Shown piece after piece: positions 58,077 to 62,483 of a stretch of DNA of 62,483 bases. The stretch lies in the IMG/VR virus record IMGVR_UViG_3300036851_000016, positions 1 to 62,483 of that record. One strand, written 5' to 3'. The first letter of the stretch is position 1; every line of letters begins with the position of its first letter. The stretch is from a virus (taxonomy: Duplodnaviria; Caudoviricetes). Below the pieces are notes generated by a model. That model worked only from the letters and a program-made list of their open reading frames with translations, searched no databases and was not told where the DNA came from. The translations under genes and the position numbers were made by a program.

Positions 58077-60742
58077 TCGACCTCGAATCTTTTGAGAGTC
58101 TTGTCATGATTGTAAATGATATCAGTCAGTTTCGTGTCAGGTGGTATGACTGACGCGAGGAATGATTCAGTTACAGTCTTAGGTGGCATGTCTAGTAATT
58201 CCACAGGTTCACCGATAATCGGTATATCCTTAAACTTCTTGAAATCCCTATAGTTCTTACCGACTTCGACTTCACATGGAATCTTTAGTTTGTGTCTACG
58301 TAGTGAACATTGACTGAAATCAATTGGTCGTTCCATCTCCTTTTTAATAATGGGAATCCATTCCGCTTTCTTACTCACCGGAATTGAGAATAAGAGAGCG
58401 TCATGTGATTCCATAACAATCTTGATGTGTGGTATCCTTTCGCGTATACGTATAGCAGCAGCCTTAGTGTTATCAGACACAGTTCTCTGAGGTATATAGG
58501 AGAATGCTTGTCTGTTAAGTTCTTCTCCCCAACGCTCAAAGAATGTTCTCTTACCACCAGCAGGTGCATCTACTCCATATGGCAATCCTGCAACTAGCTG
58601 TCTATTCTTACGTAGGCATTCGACAATACCAGCTTGGAACACTTGCTGTATTCTAGGCTGCTTACTGTGGAATATCTGTAAAGCTCGTTCTGCAATTTGT
58701 TCGTCAATTGCGATGGGAATCTTATATTTACGCGCTTGGGTATTGACTTCGATAGCAGCACGTCGTTTACCAGCGCCAAGATGCCCCGCGTGCCTGAGAG
58801 TTTTACCGCAGAATCTAATAGGATGCTCGTATCCAAGTTTCTTTTTGTCATAGTCAAATAGTTCTGCATTCTTACCGAAGAACCATGTTGCTGTGAATGC
58901 GTGGTAATCAATTTCATCGACTAGTCTTAATGCTTCATCGTCATCAGCTAATAGCCACACAACTCTAGCTTCTGCCTGTGAACTATCAGCCTGAACGAAT
59001 TCTTCTTCCTCATCAATCCGTTGTATTATTTCATCAATAGTCTCGAAATGGAAAGTATCTGGCACATACATACCACGTATGTCTGCACCGATATCTCCAT
59101 GTTTCGTCATTGTCTGAAATGCCGTCCCAAGAACCTTGTCTTTTTTCTTACCGTTTTCGTCAATAACTTCGACAATTGGTCTAATGGGTGGGTCTTGTTG
59201 TCCTGTGGAGCTTCTACCTGTATCCAAACAAGGGAAATAGGTAGTCCGCATACGTCCGTCATAATCTGGGAGAGCCATAAGATAAGTCGAGATAGACTTC
59301 CTAACTCGACGGTCTTCCAGTATAAGCTCACATATTCTTCTGTGGGACTCAGGACGTTTCTTCCATACGGTAGCCGAGTTAAGCAAAGCAGTGATATCTT
59401 CCTCTCCCGTAGAATCTTTACGAGGGAATTGAAGGTTTTCCCAGAGAAGAAGTTGAATTTGCTTTGGTGAATTAACATTAATCTCTGCTCCTGTTAGTTT
59501 GAATAGTTCATACCTACACTTTTCATCCCATTCAATGTATTTCTTTAATAGTCTATCCCTTTCCTCATGGTCTACTCTAAAGCCCTGTTGTTCAATAGAC
59601 CAATACAAGTCAGGGAACTTCATTAGGAAATTCTCAAAGAATTGACGCTGACCTAACTCATCCAGGTCTGCATTCATATTCTCATCTACTTCAAATGTTA
59701 CGCAAGCATCTCGCGCACATCCCAGTAGAAGGTCTTCGATTTTTCCTTTATACATGCCCTCATCTTTATAGAATGGTTCTTCTGTAAAGAGTGAGGTATT
59801 GAACGCGAGTCCCTTAGGTAACTCAGGATTAATCGCGTGAGCCTTGAGCATTACATCCGATACAAGCTTTCGGATAACAAACCCAAGTCTCTTAATCTTG
59901 TCTCTATCGTAGTTGAAGTTCTGTCCTACGATTTCATTTTCCCATAGCATTTCTGCTAGGATTAACCACATTTGAACTAAGTCACTAGATGGTATGTTAC
60001 AGATACCATCAGTATTCCATAGTGGCACACACATTCCGTGGTGCTTATTAAAAGCCAGCCCAATACAAACAGGGATACAGGTTCCATTAGCTTCAATGTC
60101 CACAGACATTCTAAGCTTACCTTTGTATCGCTGTCTGAATTCGGCTAACTGATGGGAATTTCTAGCAACTTCGAGGCTACGTGATGGGAGAATTAATTCT
60201 GGAAATCGACTTTGCGCGAGGGCACGCTTAAAGTCGAATGCCATTATTTGTCTGTTCCAGTATCCTTTGAATTCAACGTCTGTCGCGTGCCATGACAAGT
60301 GAGCTGGATTATAACTTGGGACGAATTTAACTCCCATGCCATGCATGATACTTCCACGGTAGTTGCCAATTTTAGTTTTTCCAGAGAGTGCCCATAAAGG
60401 GGTTCCGCCAACAGCCAAAATACAGTTGGGTTTGATTGCATTAATTTCTTCCTGTAGTTCTGCTAACTGTTGTTCTATATCAATGCCAGCATTCTTGGCA
60501 CGGACGGCGAATGGTATTCTTTTCTTTCCAGTATTGGGTGGAACCTCATATTTAGAAACAGTAGTAAGCCAGCAATTCTCTTTACGAATGCCAGCATCCA
60601 TTAGCAATTGGTTTAATTCCTTACTGTCTGTGAATGCTTTACCAGTAGAGGAATCTTTATAGGTAGGGCAGTCCCCTAGAACCATTAACTTAGCTCCTAG
60701 GGGACCGTGACCTGCTACGTATTTCTTTTCAATTTCACTCAT
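58073..60742 (-). CDS. polA: B family A DNA polymerase with degenerate UDG-like domain
   Basis: Homolog of 13563..16232. Confidence 0.92.
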   Translation of the reverse strand: MSEIEKKYVAGHGPLGAKLMVLGDCPTYKDSSTGKAFTDSKELNQLLMDAGIRKENCWLTTVSKYEVPPNTGKKRIPFAVRAKNAGIDIEQQLAELQEEINAIKPNCILAVGGTPLWALSGKTKIGNYRGSIMHGMGVKFVPSYNPAHLSWHATDVEFKGYWNRQIMAFDFKRALAQSRFPELILPSRSLEVARNSHQLAEFRQRYKGKLRMSVDIEANGTCIPVCIGLAFNKHHGMCVPLWNTDGICNIPSSDLVQMWLILAEMLWENEIVGQNFNYDRDKIKRLGFVIRKLVSDVMLKAHAINPELPKGLAFNTSLFTEEPFYKDEGMYKGKIEDLLLGCARDACVTFEVDENMNADLDELGQRQFFENFLMKFPDLYWSIEQQGFRVDHEERDRLLKKYIEWDEKCRYELFKLTGAEINVNSPKQIQLLLWENLQFPRKDSTGEEDITALLNSATVWKKRPESHRRICELILEDRRVRKSISTYLMALPDYDGRMRTTYFPCLDTGRSSTGQQDPPIRPIVEVIDENGKKKDKVLGTAFQTMTKHGDIGADIRGMYVPDTFHFETIDEIIQRIDEEEEFVQADSSQAEARVVWLLADDDEALRLVDEIDYHAFTATWFFGKNAELFDYDKKKLGYEHPIRFCGKTLRHAGHLGAGKRRAAIEVNTQARKYKIPIAIDEQIAERALQIFHSKQPRIQQVFQAGIVECLRKNRQLVAGLPYGVDAPAGGKRTFFERWGEELNRQAFSYIPQRTVSDNTKAAAIRIRERIPHIKIVMESHDALLFSIPVSKKAEWIPIIKKEMERPIDFSQCSLRRHKLKIPCEVEVGKNYRDFKKFKDIPIIGEPVELLDMPPKTVTESFLASVIPPDTKLTDIIYNHDKTLKRFEVE

Positions 60743-60957
60743 TATTGACCCGGATACCTTGTTCCTGTTCTGAAATATCTATCATCTGCTTTACATTCTT
60801 CACAGATAATAGTCCTGTGTATTACTCCCTTTATAGGAGGAATAGTTTCCCAGCTTCTATGACACTTAGGACAGGAATTGAATGTTTGTCCTTCGTGAAG
60901 TGGGCTAGTAATATCATCAGGTTTATTAGGAGGTTTTGTCCGCATATATAGATTCAA
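60742..60957 (-). CDS. B zinc-ribbon protein
   Basis: Homolog of 16420..16593. Confidence 0.65.
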   Translation of the reverse strand: MNLYMRTKPPNKPDDITSPLHEGQTFNSCPKCHRSWETIPPIKGVIHRTIICEECKADDRYFRTGTRYPGQ

Positions 60958-61378
60958 GTTTCTTTTCTTGAGTCTCTGTTAGCGGCCACTTATTGTTGAC
61001 ACGAACATTCATGTCTTCAATAAACTTAGTCTCCCAATCATTTAAGTCATCTGAAGCTTCTTCGAGAATGGCATCAATCCATCCTCTTAAAACTTCATAG
61101 GGTTGAGGTTGCCACATTTTCGCCATTTTACCGTTCAACCTTTTCAATGCATCCTGTCTAGTCGGAAGGGTGGAGAGAGTAGGGTCAGTGTGTAATAGTT
61201 CGGCTAGTCTGAGGTTTTCAGAAACTAGACCTATACTGCATTGAAAGTATTCGGCAGTTTTGGTTATGGTCCAATTCTTAGACCGCGTAGTCATAGCAAG
61301 GTGATATATCTCTATTACTATCACCTTACCAAACCACGTCGTCTCAGAATTATATCTGTCTAGGAACGATACGCCCAT
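60926..61378 (-). CDS. B HTH protein fused to the homolog of 16229..16423
   Basis: Two domains that are separate genes in A. Confidence 0.7.
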   Translation of the reverse strand: MGVSFLDRYNSETTWFGKVIVIEIYHLAMTTRSKNWTITKTAEYFQCSIGLVSENLRLAELLHTDPTLSTLPTRQDALKRLNGKMAKMWQPQPYEVLRGWIDAILEEASDDLNDWETKFIEDMNVRVNNKWPLTETQEKKLESIYADKTS

Positions 61379-61523
61379 TTATTCCATCTGCCCCACTACT
61401 GATTGGATTTGGTCTTTGATGTATTTCACTTGAGTAAGTATAAGTGTTTTACCTATACCTCTCAGTTGTTTGGCTTCGTATTCTATCTTCTTGATAGAAT
61501 CCCACATCTTGCACCATTCATCT

Positions 61524-61778
61524 CTAGTTAGAGACATCTATTTTCTCCTTACTCAATATGCGATAGAAGGTATCATCACGCTCAAATAGACTTGCTATTT
61601 TGGGCGCAATTCTAGCCATTTCTAGCGCAATGATTTGTGATTCAGTTAGTCCACGATGGACTTTAGTTGGAAGGAATATAGTCTTAGAACCCGGCACCCA
61701 GAGTAATCGGTCAATATCTAACTCATGACCGACTACCCCAAGTGCGAGGATTCGTAGAAAAGCTCTACGATTCACCAT
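61524..61778 (-). CDS. Twin-arginine-like peptide fused to an MCP N-terminal-like segment
   Basis: NRRAFLR; ESQIIALEMARIAPKIASLFERDDTFY resembles the MCP start. Confidence 0.7.
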   Translation of the reverse strand: MVNRRAFLRILALGVVGHELDIDRLLWVPGSKTIFLPTKVHRGLTESQIIALEMARIAPKIASLFERDDTFYRILSKEKIDVSN

Positions 61779-62073
61779 CTTTCAGCACCCGAATCTTGAT
61801 TGCACGCCAGCCTTTGTCTGCAACTTCAACTGGTGTGAATTCCACCTTCATTCCGTTTTTTAGTTCCTGAAACTTGAGAGTATCTTGTTTCAGTGAAGTC
61901 CAGTGGAAAAAGATTCGAGTGAATTTGATATCCTTGGAACTAATAAAGCCCCATCCATCCTCGGATACCTTAATAATCTTACCTTTCACCCGTTTTTCGT
62001 CAGGCTTAACAGGTGTAGTGTCAGGTTCAGTGGGAGCGTCCCCCTGAAAAAACTTCTGAAACGCATTTGCCAT
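61765..62073 (-). CDS. B cold-shock domain protein
   Basis: Homolog of 16941..17279; AGGAG RBS. Confidence 0.85.
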   Translation of the reverse strand: MANAFQKFFQGDAPTEPDTTPVKPDEKRVKGKIIKVSEDGWGFISSKDIKFTRIFFHWTSLKQDTLKFQELKNGMKVEFTPVEVADKGWRAIKIRVLKDGES

Positions 62074-62163
62074 TACTTCACTCCTGTTTAGAAAGTAGTT
62101 GATGTTATTGGAGCATCTGCCATATGCTCTTTTAATGGGCAGTCATTTCAAAGTAGCATCCCA

Positions 62164-62358
62164 TTACTGGGACTGTTTCTTACCCCACTTCTTCGCCATA
62201 GTCTCAGCGTATTTCTTGTGCTGAGCCTTTGTCCATTTCGCCTTCCGGAATTTCTTCTTCGGCTTTACTTGTACCTTCGGTTTAACCTTGGTGGACATAC
62301 GCTCCAACAAAGTTTCCAGTCCAAGATTAATCAGAAACAACTCGTGTTTACGATTCAT
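62164..62358 (-). CDS. Small very basic protein
   Basis: AAAGGA RBS; K-rich, KWT..QH.K....M.K.W. Confidence 0.6.
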   Translation of the reverse strand: MNRKHELFLINLGLETLLERMSTKVKPKVQVKPKKKFRKAKWTKAQHKKYAETMAKKWGKKQSQ

Positions 62359-62483
62359 TTTTTTTCCTTTCGATGTATTTGGGACGCCTCATCCCAAAGT
62401 AGTCAATAATAACTTTCTCTAACACCCACGAAAGAGACTTGTTCTCAGAAGCTGCAATCTTACGCAGCCCTGCTTTTATTTCT

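Larger units (their letters stand above)
46275..62483. mobile_element. Partial genome of a related phage (unit B), syntenic with about 1-17350
   Basis: Same gene order with diverged homologs: tail, ejection proteins, DUF3987, PolA, cold-shock gene. Confidence 0.85.

Noticed and set aside
1-62483. tRNA genes, integrase/att sites, alternative genetic code
   Set aside because: No cloverleaf or recombinase recognised by eye; genes are intact and densely packed in the standard code.

Overview
The window is entirely phage DNA (dsDNA tailed phage, podovirus-like layout, roughly 40% GC). Bases 1-46274 look like one complete, circularly permuted ~46.3 kb genome (unit A). A rightward arm carries terminase, portal, scaffold, major capsid, tail, ejection and lysis genes. 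A leftward arm carries a UDG-fused family A DNA polymerase, DUF3987 ATPase, SprT-SNF2 fusion, PD-(D/E)XK nuclease, AAA ATPase, SSB-like, cold-shock, MazG-like and Acb2/Tad1-like genes. The arms diverge from a ~2.3 kb control region (25.7-28.0 kb). From 46275 the window repeats the same gene order in a diverged relative (unit B, ~16 kb). Bases 1-127 equal 46275-46401 exactly, which suggests a k=127 assembly chimera of two co-occurring phages and allows direct A/B comparison. Most notable: a gap-free ~400 bp dyad element around an A16 run (probable origin); three sigma54-type promoters with IHF-like and enhancer-like sites; twin-arginine-like peptides fused to the terminase and to a mimic of the capsid N-terminus; a + strand-polarised GCGAGG motif; unusual polymerase residues; and a covarying pseudoknot-like element upstream of the cold-shock gene. 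Family calls come from motif recognition by eye; no database searches were run.
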